A stretch of DNA of 64,000 nt from an uncultured Rickettsiales bacterium (GCA_964356785.1 CAYHIS010000001.1:16998-80997), one strand, 5' to 3'. Positions 27,339 to 37,535 are shown, numbered from the stretch's first letter. Program-made: numbers and translations. Notes: generated from the sequence alone by a model not told the origin.

Positions 27339-29395
27339 TCATGGACCATATGATTTTTAATATAGTTTTTATGCCATTGCTCGGAGCTATAGCTGCATTC
27401 TTTGGAGGAAAATTTTTAAATAGACTTCTTTCCAAACTCGCTTTTGGTAAGGAATTTGAAGAAGGATCGGAGCGCAGAACCGGAATGTACACAGAAGTAC
27501 ATGAGGATTCGAGCACCGAACCAACGTACAAATTACCAGCAAAAGTAGAGTTTCGAAAGAAGTCTAATGATCGCTTTGCACAAATCATCTCTAGTACATT
27601 AATGATAAGCAGCGCTGTATTTGCTATTATAATATTTCAAGATATTATTTTTAATAAAAATATTTATCAAATCCATTTGTTTGATTGGATAAATATAGCT
27701 TCGTTTAAAAGCGAATGGAATTTATATATAGATTCAGTTACTGCTGTAATGCTGCTTGTAGTAACTTCTGTTTCAGCTGTCGTTCATTTATATTCTATTG
27801 GCTATATGAAAGAAGATAAATCTATACCAAGGTTTATGTCTTACCTTTCTCTTTTTACATTTTTTATGTTGCTACTAGTTACCTCAAATAATATTTTACA
27901 ATTATTTGTAGGCTGGGAAGGAGTCGGGCTCTGTTCTTATCTTTTAATTGGATTTTGGCATCACAAGCCTTCCGCAAATGCTGCTGCTATGAAAGCTTTT
28001 ATAGTTAATAGAGTTGGTGATTTTGCTTTTATGCTTGGGATAGGAGCGTTGTTTTTTACTTTTGATAGCATTAATTTCCAAGAAATTTTTGCTAGTAGTG
28101 AAGCTTTAAAAGACAAAATGATTCTTTTTTTAGGCCATGAATATAGAGCTATGGATTTAATCTGTGCGCTTCTTTTTATTGGGGCCATGGGTAAATCTGC
28201 GCAATTAGGCCTTCATACATGGTTGCCAGATGCAATGGAAGGCCCTACGCCTGTTTCTGCATTAATTCATGCAGCGACAATGGTAACAGCTGGTGTATTC
28301 TTAGTAATTAGATTTTCACCAATTTTCGAATTAGCACCATCTGTTCTAGATTTAGTTACATATATTGGCGCATTTACAGCAATTTTCGCTGCTTCAATTG
28401 CCCTTGTACAAAATGACATAAAAAAGATTATCGCTTATTCAACTTGCAGTCAATTAGGTTATATGTTTTTTGCTTGCGGAGTCGGCGCATATCCAGTCGC
28501 ATTATTTCATTTAATGACTCATGCTTTTTTTAAGGCTTTATTATTTTTAGGAGCTGGAAATGTAATCCACAGCATGCATCACGAGCAAGATATAAATAAA
28601 ATGGGAGGTTTGTGGCAAAAAATACCATTTACCTATAGCTTAATGTTGATAGGCTCGTTAGCTTTGGCTGGGATTTATCCATTTGCTGGATATTTCTCAA
28701 AAGATCTTATATTAGAAACATCATTTGCTAAAGCTACAAACGCTGGAATTATGGCTTATATTTTAGGAACAATAGGAGCATTCTTTACGGCTTTTTATTC
28801 ATGGAGATTGCTGTTCATAGCATTTCATGGTAAAGCAAAAAACCACCATGAAGTGTATGAAGCCCCAAAAATTATGACTATGCCTCTAATAGTTTTAGCC
28901 TTAGGCGCTATTTTTTCAGGAATGCTAGCCGTATCACTAGGTATTTTAGCTCCTGATTTTTGGAATAATTCTTTAATATTCTCAGATATAATTGAAAAAG
29001 CTCATCATGTCTCTGATCACGTTAAATTATTGCCTTTGTTTGCAAGTGCTTTAGGAATATTCTTAGCTTATCTTTTTTATATAAAACTGCCTGAACTTCC
29101 GCAGATTTTTGCTCATTCTTTTTATGGATTTTATTTATTACTTGCTAATAAATATTATATAGATGAAATTTATGATTCTATTTTTGTAAAACCATTTAAG
29201 TTTATAGCAAATATATTATGGCAAATAGGTGATATGAAATTTATAGATGGTTTAGGTCCAAATGGTGCGGCTTACGTTTCACAAAAACTATCTGGTATAA
29301 TCAGCAAAATACAATCAGGTTATATTTACAACTATATTTTAGTGATGGTTATAGCATTAATTGGGATTATTAGTTGGTATATATTGATATTATAG
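27335..29395 (+). CDS. nuoL: NADH-quinone oxidoreductase subunit L, carrying an in-frame ~45-codon palindromic-element insertion near the N-terminus
   Basis: 686 aa. Canonical NuoL blocks: [67 protein letters not shown]. The extra hydrophilic segment [49 protein letters not shown] lies between TM1 and TM2. Confidence 0.95.
27429..27558. repeat. Palindromic element (A/B superfamily) inserted in frame in nuoL
   Basis: The ends TTTCCAAACTCGCTTTTGG and CAGCAAAAGTAGAGTTTCGAAA are inverted repeats. The central GGAATGTACACAGAAGTACATGAGGATTC is the reverse complement of the shared core CTCATGTAC-N5-TGTACA. Boundaries are accurate to about 10 nt. Confidence 0.75.
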
Positions 29396-29404
29396 GTTTA
29401 AAAT

Positions 29405-30868
29405 ATGACAGCAGCATTTCCATTATTATCTAGCATTATTCTTTGTCCATTTATAGGGGCTTTGTTTATATTATTTGCTATTAAAGATGCTAAAACTTCT
29501 AAGATAATTGCTTTGCTTAGCAGCTTATTTTCATTAATTTTGAGTATTTTAATCTATCTATCATTTGATAAGAATTCTTCAGGTTTTCAATTACAAGAAA
29601 TTCATCCATTAATTAAAACAATAAACTGCAATTATCACTTAGGGATCGATGGCATCTCCATTTTCTTTATTATTTTGACAAGCATTCTTACACCAATTTG
29701 TATTTTAGCAAGTTGGCATTCCATTACAGAAAGAGTGAAGGAATATATGATTGCCTTCCTTCTTCTTGAAACACTTGTATTAGCAGTATTTTGTGCACTT
29801 GATTTTGTTTTATTTTATATTTTCTTTGAAGCAATGCTGATACCAATGTTCTTAATTATTGGAATATGGGGGGGAGAAAATAGAGTTTATGCAGCAATTA
29901 AATTTTTCTTATACACTCTTTTAGGGTCTTTATTTTTGCTCATTGCTATTATTTATATTTATCAACAAACAAATAGCTTGGATATTATAAACCTGCAAAA
30001 ACTAGCACCACAATTTTCACTGCAGGTGCAAAATCTATTATGGCTTGCTTTTTTTGCCTCATTTGCAGTAAAAATACCAATGTGGCCAGTGCATACATGG
30101 CTTCCCGATGCTCACGTGGAGGCGCCGACCGCTGGCTCAGTAATATTAGCTGGAATCTTACTTAAAATGGGCGCTTACGGTTTCTTAAGATTTTCATTGC
30201 CTATGTTACCAGATGCTAGTCATTATTTTGCTGATTTAGTATTTATTTTGAGTAGCATAGCAATTATTTATACATCTTTTGTTGCATTTGCTCAAACCAA
30301 TATGAAAAAGCTTATAGCTTATTCTTCTATAGCTCATATGGGTTTCGTAAGTATGGGGATTTTTACATTTAATCAGATTGCTATTGAAGGAGCGTTGATG
30401 CAAATGATTAGCCATGGAATTATATCAGCGGCTTTATTCTTAATTGTTGGTTCTTTATATGAGCGTACGCATACAAAAGAAATAAGTGATTTTGGTGGTG
30501 TAGTTTATAAAATGCCTAATTTCGCATTAATATTTATGATTTTCACTATGGCTTCGATTGGCCTTCCCTCAACTAGTGGATTTGTTGGAGAAATGCTTGT
30601 TATTGTTGGTACATTTAAAGTAAATAAATTATACGCTATGCTTGCTGCAACTAGTTTAGTTTTAGGTGCTGCATATATGTTATTATTATACAAAAGAGTA
30701 ATGTTTGGTGAAATTACAAATAAGAAAGTTGATAAATTACAAGATATAACCTACCTAGAATGGATAATTTATATACCGTTAGTTTTCTTAACTTTTTTAT
30801 TAGGTATTTACCCGAATATAATTACAGAGATTTTGCATTCACCTGTATTAGAATTAATTGGAAAATAA
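29405..30868 (+). CDS. nuoM: NADH-quinone oxidoreductase subunit M
   Basis: 487 aa. FAVKIPMWPVHTWLPDAHVEAPTAGSVILAGILLKMGAYGFLRF. Confidence 0.95.
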   Translation: MTAAFPLLSSIILCPFIGALFILFAIKDAKTSKIIALLSSLFSLILSILIYLSFDKNSSGFQLQEIHPLIKTINCNYHLGIDGISIFFIILTSILTPICILASWHSITERVKEYMIAFLLLETLVLAVFCALDFVLFYIFFEAMLIPMFLIIGIWGGENRVYAAIKFFLYTLLGSLFLLIAIIYIYQQTNSLDIINLQKLAPQFSLQVQNLLWLAFFASFAVKIPMWPVHTWLPDAHVEAPTAGSVILAGILLKMGAYGFLRFSLPMLPDASHYFADLVFILSSIAIIYTSFVAFAQTNMKKLIAYSSIAHMGFVSMGIFTFNQIAIEGALMQMISHGIISAALFLIVGSLYERTHTKEISDFGGVVYKMPNFALIFMIFTMASIGLPSTSGFVGEMLVIVGTFKVNKLYAMLAATSLVLGAAYMLLLYKRVMFGEITNKKVDKLQDITYLEWIIYIPLVFLTFLLGIYPNIITEILHSPVLELIGK

Positions 30869-30874
30869 CTAAAG

Positions 30875-31225
30875 ATGAAAAAAGAAATAAAATTAATTTT
30901 CTGCAAACCAACAGCACATGAAAAAATAGCATTAACCCAATTTATTGTAGATATATTTGCAAAAATTGGAATAATTATTGGAGCAACAAGAGGAGCGGAT
31001 TTTGTAGAAAAATTAATTGAAGATCAAGTAATACCTCAATTTGGCAAAGGCGGCTTTACTATTGGCTCTATAATAACAGCCTATCATGCTATGACTTATG
31101 GAGCCTTAGGATATTTATTTGCTAACTCAATTATTTATTTAGGTGATGATTTCATAGATAGTATAAATCATTATCTATGTAGAAATGAAATAGAACCTTC
31201 AGGAGAAATTTATCAATATGATTGA
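30875..31225 (+). CDS. Hypothetical small protein encoded between nuoM and nuoN
   Basis: 116-aa ORF starting 6 nt after the nuoM stop and overlapping the nuoN start by 8 nt. One or two hydrophobic segments (IGIIIGATRG; GGFTIGSIITAYHAMTYGALGYLFANSIIYLG). I recognise no homolog. Confidence 0.45.
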   Translation: MKKEIKLIFCKPTAHEKIALTQFIVDIFAKIGIIIGATRGADFVEKLIEDQVIPQFGKGGFTIGSIITAYHAMTYGALGYLFANSIIYLGDDFIDSINHYLCRNEIEPSGEIYQYD

Positions 31226-32600
31226 GATGATGATTCTTTTACCAGAAATAATATTAGCTTTAACAGCTTGCACTATACTTATGCTCGGCAGCTTTACTAA
31301 AAAACATTGTTTTAAAGGGCTTAATTTTATAGTTGCTATATTTTTAACAGTGGCTCTTTATATCTTGTTATATAAAACTCCTTATAAAGAAGAATTGCTT
31401 ATTTTTGGATCGCTCTTTAAAAGCAATATGCTTATTATAAATCTAAAATCTTTAATCTTAGCTACAACAATTTTATATATATTTATCTATAAAGATTCTA
31501 GATTTCTTGAAAACTCAATGCTCAAAACATATGAATTTTCTGTAATTTTTCTTTTGAGTATTGTTGGCATGATGCTGATGCTTTCAGCTAATAACTTCTT
31601 AAGTTTTTATATATCTTTAGAGCTTCAAAGTTTATGCTTATATGTTTTAGCAGCTTTTGAAAGAGAAGATAGTAAATCTTCTGAAGCAGGACTTAAATAT
31701 TTTATTCTAGGGTCTTTCGCTTCAGGCCTATTATTGTTTGGTATATCTTTTGTTTATGGTTTCACAGGTAATGTAGATTTTGACTCTTTAGAAATTTTCT
31801 TGAATCAAACCGCAAGCACCACAGAATCAATAGGAATAATAATTGGTCTTATAATGATTCTGATTGGATTATTCTTTAAAGTATCTGCTGCTCCTTTTCA
31901 CATGTGGACCCCTGATGTATATCAGGGCTCTCCAACAATAGTAACTACTATGTTTGCAACCATTGGAAAGATTGCTTCAGTAGGATTTTTATATAGATTA
32001 ACTTCAGAAAGTTTATCTGGATGGGGGCAAGATCTTCAGCCAATTTTACTATTGATTACTTGCGCATCTTTAATGATTGGCGCTTTGGGGGCTTTAAAAC
32101 AAAATAACTTAAAAAGATTATTAGCTTATAGCTCGATAGGTCATGTTGGTTTTATGTTACTTGCAATCTCCAGCTTCTTTATAGACTCAACAATTTTATT
32201 ATATTTATTGATATATACCACGATGACTCTTGGAACTTTTATAATAATAATGAGTCTTAATGCATCTGAAATTAAAGACTTAGCTGGACTTTCTAGAAAA
32301 AATCCAATTCTTGCATTATCACTAGCTATCTTTATGTTATCATTGGCTGGAATCCCACCTTTCGCCGGTTTCTTTGCTAAATTCTATGTTTTTCAAGTGG
32401 CTATCAAAGCTGAATTTTTTATAACCTCAATTATTGCTATAATTGCAGCAGTTATTTCAGCTTATTATTATTTAAAGATTGTAAAAACTATGTATTTTGA
32501 TGCTTCGTTAACTGAAAATATCGATGTAAATCTTTCATATTCTACCAAAGTTATTTTAGCATTATTAGTTTTATTTAATATTTTTTATGTCTTCTTCTAA
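31218..32600 (+). CDS. nuoN: NADH-quinone oxidoreductase subunit N
   Basis: 460 aa. FKVSAAPFHMWTPDVYQGSPTIVT...LKRLLAYSSIGHVGFML. Confidence 0.95.
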   Translation: MIEMMILLPEIILALTACTILMLGSFTKKHCFKGLNFIVAIFLTVALYILLYKTPYKEELLIFGSLFKSNMLIINLKSLILATTILYIFIYKDSRFLENSMLKTYEFSVIFLLSIVGMMLMLSANNFLSFYISLELQSLCLYVLAAFEREDSKSSEAGLKYFILGSFASGLLLFGISFVYGFTGNVDFDSLEIFLNQTASTTESIGIIIGLIMILIGLFFKVSAAPFHMWTPDVYQGSPTIVTTMFATIGKIASVGFLYRLTSESLSGWGQDLQPILLLITCASLMIGALGALKQNNLKRLLAYSSIGHVGFMLLAISSFFIDSTILLYLLIYTTMTLGTFIIIMSLNASEIKDLAGLSRKNPILALSLAIFMLSLAGIPPFAGFFAKFYVFQVAIKAEFFITSIIAIIAAVISAYYYLKIVKTMYFDASLTENIDVNLSYSTKVILALLVLFNIFYVFF

Positions 32601-33735
32601 TATTGCTATCTACATTCATTGGCCATATTGCAAGTCAAAATGTCCTTATTGTGATTTTAATAGCCATGTGAGAGATGCAATTGATGTGAGTGCCTGGAAT
32701 GAAGGTTATTTAAAAGAAATAGATAATTATTCCGCATTACTACAAAATAAAAAAATTATTTCAATTTTTTTTGGCGGCGGCACCCCTTCTCTAATGCCTA
32801 GTTTTATTGTAAAAAATATTATAAATAAACTAAAAGAACTTGGTAAATTTGATCAAAATATTGAAATAACTTTAGAAGCAAATCCTACTTCCGTAGAAGC
32901 GGAAAAATTTAAAGAATTTGCTGAAGCTGGAATTAATCGTGTTTCTTTAGGTATTCAATCTTTAAACCAAAATAATTTAAAATTTTTAGGAAGAGAGCAT
33001 AATGTTGAAGAAGCCATTGCAGCTATAAAAATTGCTAAAGATAATTTTAAACGCTATTCATTTGATTTAATTTATGCCTTGCCGAATCAGACACTTAACA
33101 GTTGGAGAGATGAGTTAGTGCAGGCTCTAGATTTAGCAGGTGAACATCTTTCTCTTTATCAATTAACCATAGAAAAAGGTACGCCATTTTATAGCATGTA
33201 TCAAAAGAAGAAATTTGACCTTCCAGGTGAAGATCTTGCAAAAGATTTTTATATGTTAACTCAAGAGATAATGGAGGCAAAAGGGTTTCCAGCTTACGAG
33301 ATTTCTAACCATGCAAGATTAGGTGAAGAATGTAAGCATAATATGGTATATTGGCAATATGATGATTTTTTAGGTATAGGGCCTGGAGCTCATAGTAGAA
33401 TTAATAATAAAGCTATGCATAGTATTTATCACCCAGAAAATTGGCTTAAAGCTGCGTTAGAAGGTAAAACTACTATTCAGGACTCTATAGATCTAAAGCT
33501 AGATGATCGAGTAAATGAAATTTTATTGATGGGATTGAGGCTAACAAAAGGAATAAATCAACAAGCTTTTATAAGTAAAACAGGATATAGTTTTTTTGAT
33601 TATTTAAATAATAAAAAACTTACATTTCTTTTAGAAAATGATTTTTTAGGGTTTGAAAATGATAATCTATTTGCGACCAATAAAGGAAGATTAGTGTTAA
33701 ATAATATTATCAATCAGTTAGTGGAAAGGGGATGA
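32587..33735 (+). CDS. hemW: Radical-SAM heme chaperone HemW (HemN-like, oxygen-independent coproporphyrinogen oxidase family)
   Basis: 382 aa. IYIHWPYCKSKCPYCDFNS (CxxxCxxC), FFGGGTPS, NRVSLGIQS. Overlaps the nuoN 3' end by 14 nt. Confidence 0.85.
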   Translation: MSSSNIAIYIHWPYCKSKCPYCDFNSHVRDAIDVSAWNEGYLKEIDNYSALLQNKKIISIFFGGGTPSLMPSFIVKNIINKLKELGKFDQNIEITLEANPTSVEAEKFKEFAEAGINRVSLGIQSLNQNNLKFLGREHNVEEAIAAIKIAKDNFKRYSFDLIYALPNQTLNSWRDELVQALDLAGEHLSLYQLTIEKGTPFYSMYQKKKFDLPGEDLAKDFYMLTQEIMEAKGFPAYEISNHARLGEECKHNMVYWQYDDFLGIGPGAHSRINNKAMHSIYHPENWLKAALEGKTTIQDSIDLKLDDRVNEILLMGLRLTKGINQQAFISKTGYSFFDYLNNKKLTFLLENDFLGFENDNLFATNKGRLVLNNIINQLVERG

Positions 33736-34139
33736 TTATGAGTTTTAAAGTGGAATTTGAAGTAAGAGATAATGAAATTGATATTCAAGGAGTCGTAAAT
33801 AATGCGAATTATTTTATATATTTCGCTCATACTAGGCATAAATTCCTAGAAAAAATATTAAAAATCAATTTCATTGAAATGGCGAAAGCAAACCATAATC
33901 TATTTCTTATAAGTTCAAATATTGAGTTTAAAAAAGCCCTTCTTCCAAATCAAAAATTCTATGTTACATGCAGCATTGCTCCAGAAGGAAAAATCCGTTT
34001 TGCTTTTGAGCAGGAAATTAGACTATGCTCTGATGATTCTTTAATTGCTAAAGGCCTCAATATTGGTGTTTGCATGGACGGGAATAGAAATCGTCCAATT
34101 ATACCGGAAGCAATAGCAAGCTATATCAAACCTCACTAA
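33732..34139 (+). CDS. 4HBT-fold acyl-CoA thioesterase (YbgC-like)
   Basis: 135 aa. The N-terminal VRDNEIDIQGVVNNANYFIYFAHTRHKFL matches the hot-dog thioesterase pattern (D..GhV.n..Y..yf..ar..fl). Confidence 0.7.
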   Translation: MIMSFKVEFEVRDNEIDIQGVVNNANYFIYFAHTRHKFLEKILKINFIEMAKANHNLFLISSNIEFKKALLPNQKFYVTCSIAPEGKIRFAFEQEIRLCSDDSLIAKGLNIGVCMDGNRNRPIIPEAIASYIKPH

Positions 34140-34274
34140 TAATTTTACAATTAGTGGTTCTAGCAATTAAAGTACAAGAATTTTTTTTATTATCTTTAAA
34201 AATTGTTTGACTAAATTGCTTATTTGATATATCTACAATAATTCAATTAATTTTAAAAATATAGGTTATATAAG

Positions 34275-34562
34275 ATGTCTCGTAAATGTGAACTTACTGG
34301 AAAGGCAGTTTTAACAGGTAATAATGTATCTCACTCTAATCGTAAAACACGTAGAAGATATTTACCTAATTTACATCGCGTCACCTTACTTAGTGAAGTT
34401 CTAGGGGAAGTGAAGTTAAGAATTACTACTAATGCATTGCGTAGTATTGACATACATGGTGGTATTGATTCATTCCTTTTATCACAGTCAGATGAATCAT
34501 TGTCATTAAAAGCTAGCCAAATGAAGAAAAAAATAAAATTGGCACAAAAAAGCGTCGCTTAA
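34275..34562 (+). CDS. rpmB: 50S ribosomal protein L28
   Basis: [33 protein letters not shown]. Confidence 0.95.
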   Translation: MSRKCELTGKAVLTGNNVSHSNRKTRRRYLPNLHRVTLLSEVLGEVKLRITTNALRSIDIHGGIDSFLLSQSDESLSLKASQMKKKIKLAQKSVA

Positions 34563-34581
34563 ATGTAAATAGGTAAAAATT

Positions 34582-34815
34582 ATGAAAAAAGATATACATC
34601 CAAAATATAAAGAATTGAGAATAATAATGACAGATGGTGGTGAGTTCAAAACCAAATCTACTTACCATGGAGAAAGCGTTTTACTTGATGTTGATTTCCG
34701 TAAACATCCTGCATGGAGAGGCGGAGGAGTTGCTAGTATAAATGCTAATGCTAACCAAGTCGCTTCATTTAATAAAAAATTTGGTGGTATCTTCGCAGCC
34801 CCAAAACAAGCTTAA
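34582..34815 (+). CDS. rpmE: 50S ribosomal protein L31
   Basis: MKKDIHPKY...HPAWRGG...FNKKFG. Confidence 0.9.
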   Translation: MKKDIHPKYKELRIIMTDGGEFKTKSTYHGESVLLDVDFRKHPAWRGGGVASINANANQVASFNKKFGGIFAAPKQA

Positions 34816-34830
34816 TGGGAAATTGGTATT

Positions 34831-34850
34831 ATTCCCGTTCTCACGGGAAT
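34831..34850. terminator. Stem-loop between convergent rpmE and 34861..35280
   Basis: ATTCCCG-TTCTCA-CGGGAAT (7-bp stem) lies 16 nt after the rpmE stop. There is no clear U-run. It is flanked by a 12-nt solo copy of the family-B terminus (GGAAATTGGTAT). Confidence 0.4.
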
Positions 34851-34860
34851 CTTCAAATAC

Positions 34861-35280
34861 TCAAAATTTTATAGTTTTCTTGCCTTTAAATTGGTTTGAC
34901 TCATGAAGATTCTTGCTGTAATGCTCTCTATAAGTTCGATATACTTTACTTCCTTTTTCCTCTTTTAGGCGTTCTAAGCAAATTTCAAAAGTATAAATAC
35001 ATATTTCATTTTTACCAAATTGATGAACACGATCTTCAAAAAAGTCTAAAGTATCTAACAAGCACCAATCCCTACCGTCATAGATTTTAGCCTTAAAATA
35101 TCCTTTATGACCTTTACTTTGATAATTATTTAAAATAATAGGATATAGTTTTTCTTCATCATTTAAATAAAGATAAATATCGCCTTCTTTAGATTTAGAA
35201 ATTTCTTCATCATGGCAGTTTTTAAGATAAACATTGCCGCTAATAATGATTGATTTGATAGTTTTAGACTGTCCACGCAC
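34861..35280 (-). CDS. Hypothetical protein
   Basis: 139-aa ORF with a GTG start, no recognisable motif and no signal peptide. Confidence 0.4.
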   Translation of the reverse strand: MRGQSKTIKSIIISGNVYLKNCHDEEISKSKEGDIYLYLNDEEKLYPIILNNYQSKGHKGYFKAKIYDGRDWCLLDTLDFFEDRVHQFGKNEICIYTFEICLERLKEEKGSKVYRTYREHYSKNLHESNQFKGKKTIKF

Positions 35281-35370
35281 TATGTATTATTCGATCTTTA
35301 ATAAATTTCTTTGCATTATAGTAAAGAATTTGTTATTTTGTAAAGCTTTATTGAATCTATAAATTAAGAT

Positions 35371-36333
35371 ATGTCTATACAAATTGGGAATATAAAAATT
35401 AGCTCTCCTGTGATTTTAGCTCCTATGTCTGGCGTTACAGACATGCCATTTAGAAGATTGGTTAAAAAATTTGGAGCTGGTCTAGTTGTTTCAGAAATGA
35501 TTGCCAGCAGAGCCATGATTATTCAAACAAGACAATCTCTACAAAAATGCGCTAGATCTGAGTTTGAAGACCTTACTTCTGTACAGCTTGCAGGCTGTGA
35601 GCCTGAAGTCATGGCTGAAGCTGCAAAATTAAACGAAGACTTAGGGGCTCCAATTATTGATATAAATTTTGGTTGCCCTGTTAAAAAAGTGGTTGGTGGT
35701 AATGCAGGATCTGCTTTAATGAGAGATGAGAAGTTAGCAGCCCAGATACTAGAGGCTACGGTTAAATCGGTAAAAGTTCCAGTCACTTTAAAAATGAGAA
35801 AAGGATGGGATGAAAATAGTTTAAATGCGCCAAGGCTTGCTAAAATTGCAGAAGATACAGGCATCCAAATGATCACCATTCATGGCAGAACCAGATGCCA
35901 ATTATATAATGGTATAGCTGATTGGAAGTTTATTAAGAAAGTTAAAGAAGCTGTGTCAATACCAGTTATTGCCAATGGGGATATCAATTCGCTAGAAGAT
36001 GCTATAAGATGCAAGGAAGAATCTGGAGCAGATGGTATAATGATTGGTAGAGGGGCATATGGAAAACCATGGTTTATCAATCAAGCAATGCATTTCCTAG
36101 AAACTGGAGAAAAACTTCAAGATCCAGCAAATTCTATTAAGCTTTCTGCCATATTAGAGCATTATGATCACATGATAGACCATTATGGAGAGGAATCTGG
36201 AGTTAGAATGGCTAGAAAACATATAGGTTGGTACAGTAGTGGCATGCCGTCTTCTGCTGAATTTAGATTTAAAGTAAATCAATTAAGTAATGCCGTAGAA
36301 GTTAAAAAAAGAATCGAAGAGTTTTTCAACTAG
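35371..36333 (+). CDS. dusB: tRNA-dihydrouridine synthase B (NifR3 family)
   Basis: 320 aa. [41 protein letters not shown]. Confidence 0.9.
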   Translation: MSIQIGNIKISSPVILAPMSGVTDMPFRRLVKKFGAGLVVSEMIASRAMIIQTRQSLQKCARSEFEDLTSVQLAGCEPEVMAEAAKLNEDLGAPIIDINFGCPVKKVVGGNAGSALMRDEKLAAQILEATVKSVKVPVTLKMRKGWDENSLNAPRLAKIAEDTGIQMITIHGRTRCQLYNGIADWKFIKKVKEAVSIPVIANGDINSLEDAIRCKEESGADGIMIGRGAYGKPWFINQAMHFLETGEKLQDPANSIKLSAILEHYDHMIDHYGEESGVRMARKHIGWYSSGMPSSAEFRFKVNQLSNAVEVKKRIEEFFN

Positions 36334-36370
36334 GCGCAAATGAATATTGACTTGTAATTGGGCATTAAAT

Positions 36371-36400
36371 GGATATAATTGGATATAAATGGATATTTTA
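36371..36400 (+). promoter_or_regulatory. Three tandem 10-bp direct repeats (GGATATAA/T..) immediately upstream of fic
   Basis: GGATATAATT / GGATATAAAT / GGATATTTTA at 36371, 36381 and 36391, exactly one helical turn apart. The array ends 2 nt before the ATG at 36403. Confidence 0.4.
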
Positions 36401-36402
36401 TT

Positions 36403-37452
36403 ATGCTTAATATAGAAAACATTATTATAACTCCCGATATTTTAAAAAAAATTGCAGAACTTGATGAGTTCAAAGGTCGTTGGAAAGCTATTGAAAATCT
36501 AGCTCCAGAACGCTTATACATTCTAAAACGCGTCGCCAGCATTGAAAGCGTTGGCTCTTCCACTCGCATTGAGGGTTCAAAACTTACCGATAAAGAAGTA
36601 GAAAGGCTTCTTTCTAATTTAGATAGAAAATCATTTGCTACTAGAGATGAACAAGAAGTAGCTGGCTATGCTGACGCTATGGATATAGTATTTAATGAAC
36701 ATAGCTCCATTACTATTACTGAAAATCATATTAAACAGTTACATGGAATTTTATTAAAGTATAGCGTTAAAGATCAAGATCATAGTGGAGAATATAAGAA
36801 AATCACTAATCATGTAGAAGCCTTTGATTTAGACGGAAAAAGCATAGGTGTTGTTTTCCAAACAGCTACTCCATTTGAGACCCCTATAATGATGAAAAAA
36901 TTGCTTGAATGGTATAACCAACAGATAAATGAAGAAAAGCAACATCCATTGCTTTTGATCTCTATATTCATTGTTGTATTTCTAGCAATACATCCATTTA
37001 AAGATGGTAATGGTAGATTATCACGAATCCTTACAACTTTGCTTTTATTACATGCTGGCTACACGTACGTTCCTTATAGTTCAATGGAAAGCGTTATTGA
37101 GGTAAATAAAGATGGCTATTATTTAGCCTTAAGACATACACAAAAAACTATTCGCACCAAAAAGCAAGATTGGGAGCCCTGGATTTTATATTTTCTGAGG
37201 ACCATGTTGAAGCAAAAAGATAATTTGGCCACAAAAATAAAGGAAGAACAGTCTCTTCGTACATCTCTACCTGCGCTTTCTAGACAAATTTTAGAGTTAG
37301 TAAATGCGCGCGGAGATATCAGCATAAAGGAAATTGAGAAAACTACTGCCGCTAATCGCAGTACCATTAAAGTACATTTAAAAAAATTAACAGAACAAGG
37401 TTATTTGATGTCTATTGGCGGAGGGCGTGGGGCTCACTATATCAAAAAATAG
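36403..37452 (+). CDS. fic: Fic-family protein (class II, with N-terminal inhibitory helix and C-terminal winged-helix)
   Basis: Active-site loop HPFKDGNGRLSR (HxFx[DE]GNGRxxR). Inhibitory motif STRIEG ([ST]xxxE[GN]) upstream. C-terminal wHTH-like region (EIEKTTAANRSTIKVHLKKLTEQGYL). The track ORF begins at TTG 36379 inside the repeats, but I prefer ATG 36403. Confidence 0.85.
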   Translation: MLNIENIIITPDILKKIAELDEFKGRWKAIENLAPERLYILKRVASIESVGSSTRIEGSKLTDKEVERLLSNLDRKSFATRDEQEVAGYADAMDIVFNEHSSITITENHIKQLHGILLKYSVKDQDHSGEYKKITNHVEAFDLDGKSIGVVFQTATPFETPIMMKKLLEWYNQQINEEKQHPLLLISIFIVVFLAIHPFKDGNGRLSRILTTLLLLHAGYTYVPYSSMESVIEVNKDGYYLALRHTQKTIRTKKQDWEPWILYFLRTMLKQKDNLATKIKEEQSLRTSLPALSRQILELVNARGDISIKEIEKTTAANRSTIKVHLKKLTEQGYLMSIGGGRGAHYIKK

Positions 37453-37535
37453 CTATTCATTGACATACTATACCAATTCCAGCTGCTTAAGATTAGTCTC
37501 ATATGTTATGAACTTATACACACACATAAATACAT

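Noticed and set aside
27268-27588. 106-aa antisense ORF spanning the nuoK/nuoL junction
   Set aside because: It lies opposite well-supported nuoK and nuoL coding sequence. It stays open mainly because it crosses the palindromic insert, which reads similarly on both strands.
36379-36402. TTG start for the Fic ORF as given in the track
   Set aside because: The extension (LDINGYFI) is encoded by the 10-bp direct repeats themselves. The ATG at 36403 gives a normal Fic N-terminus.
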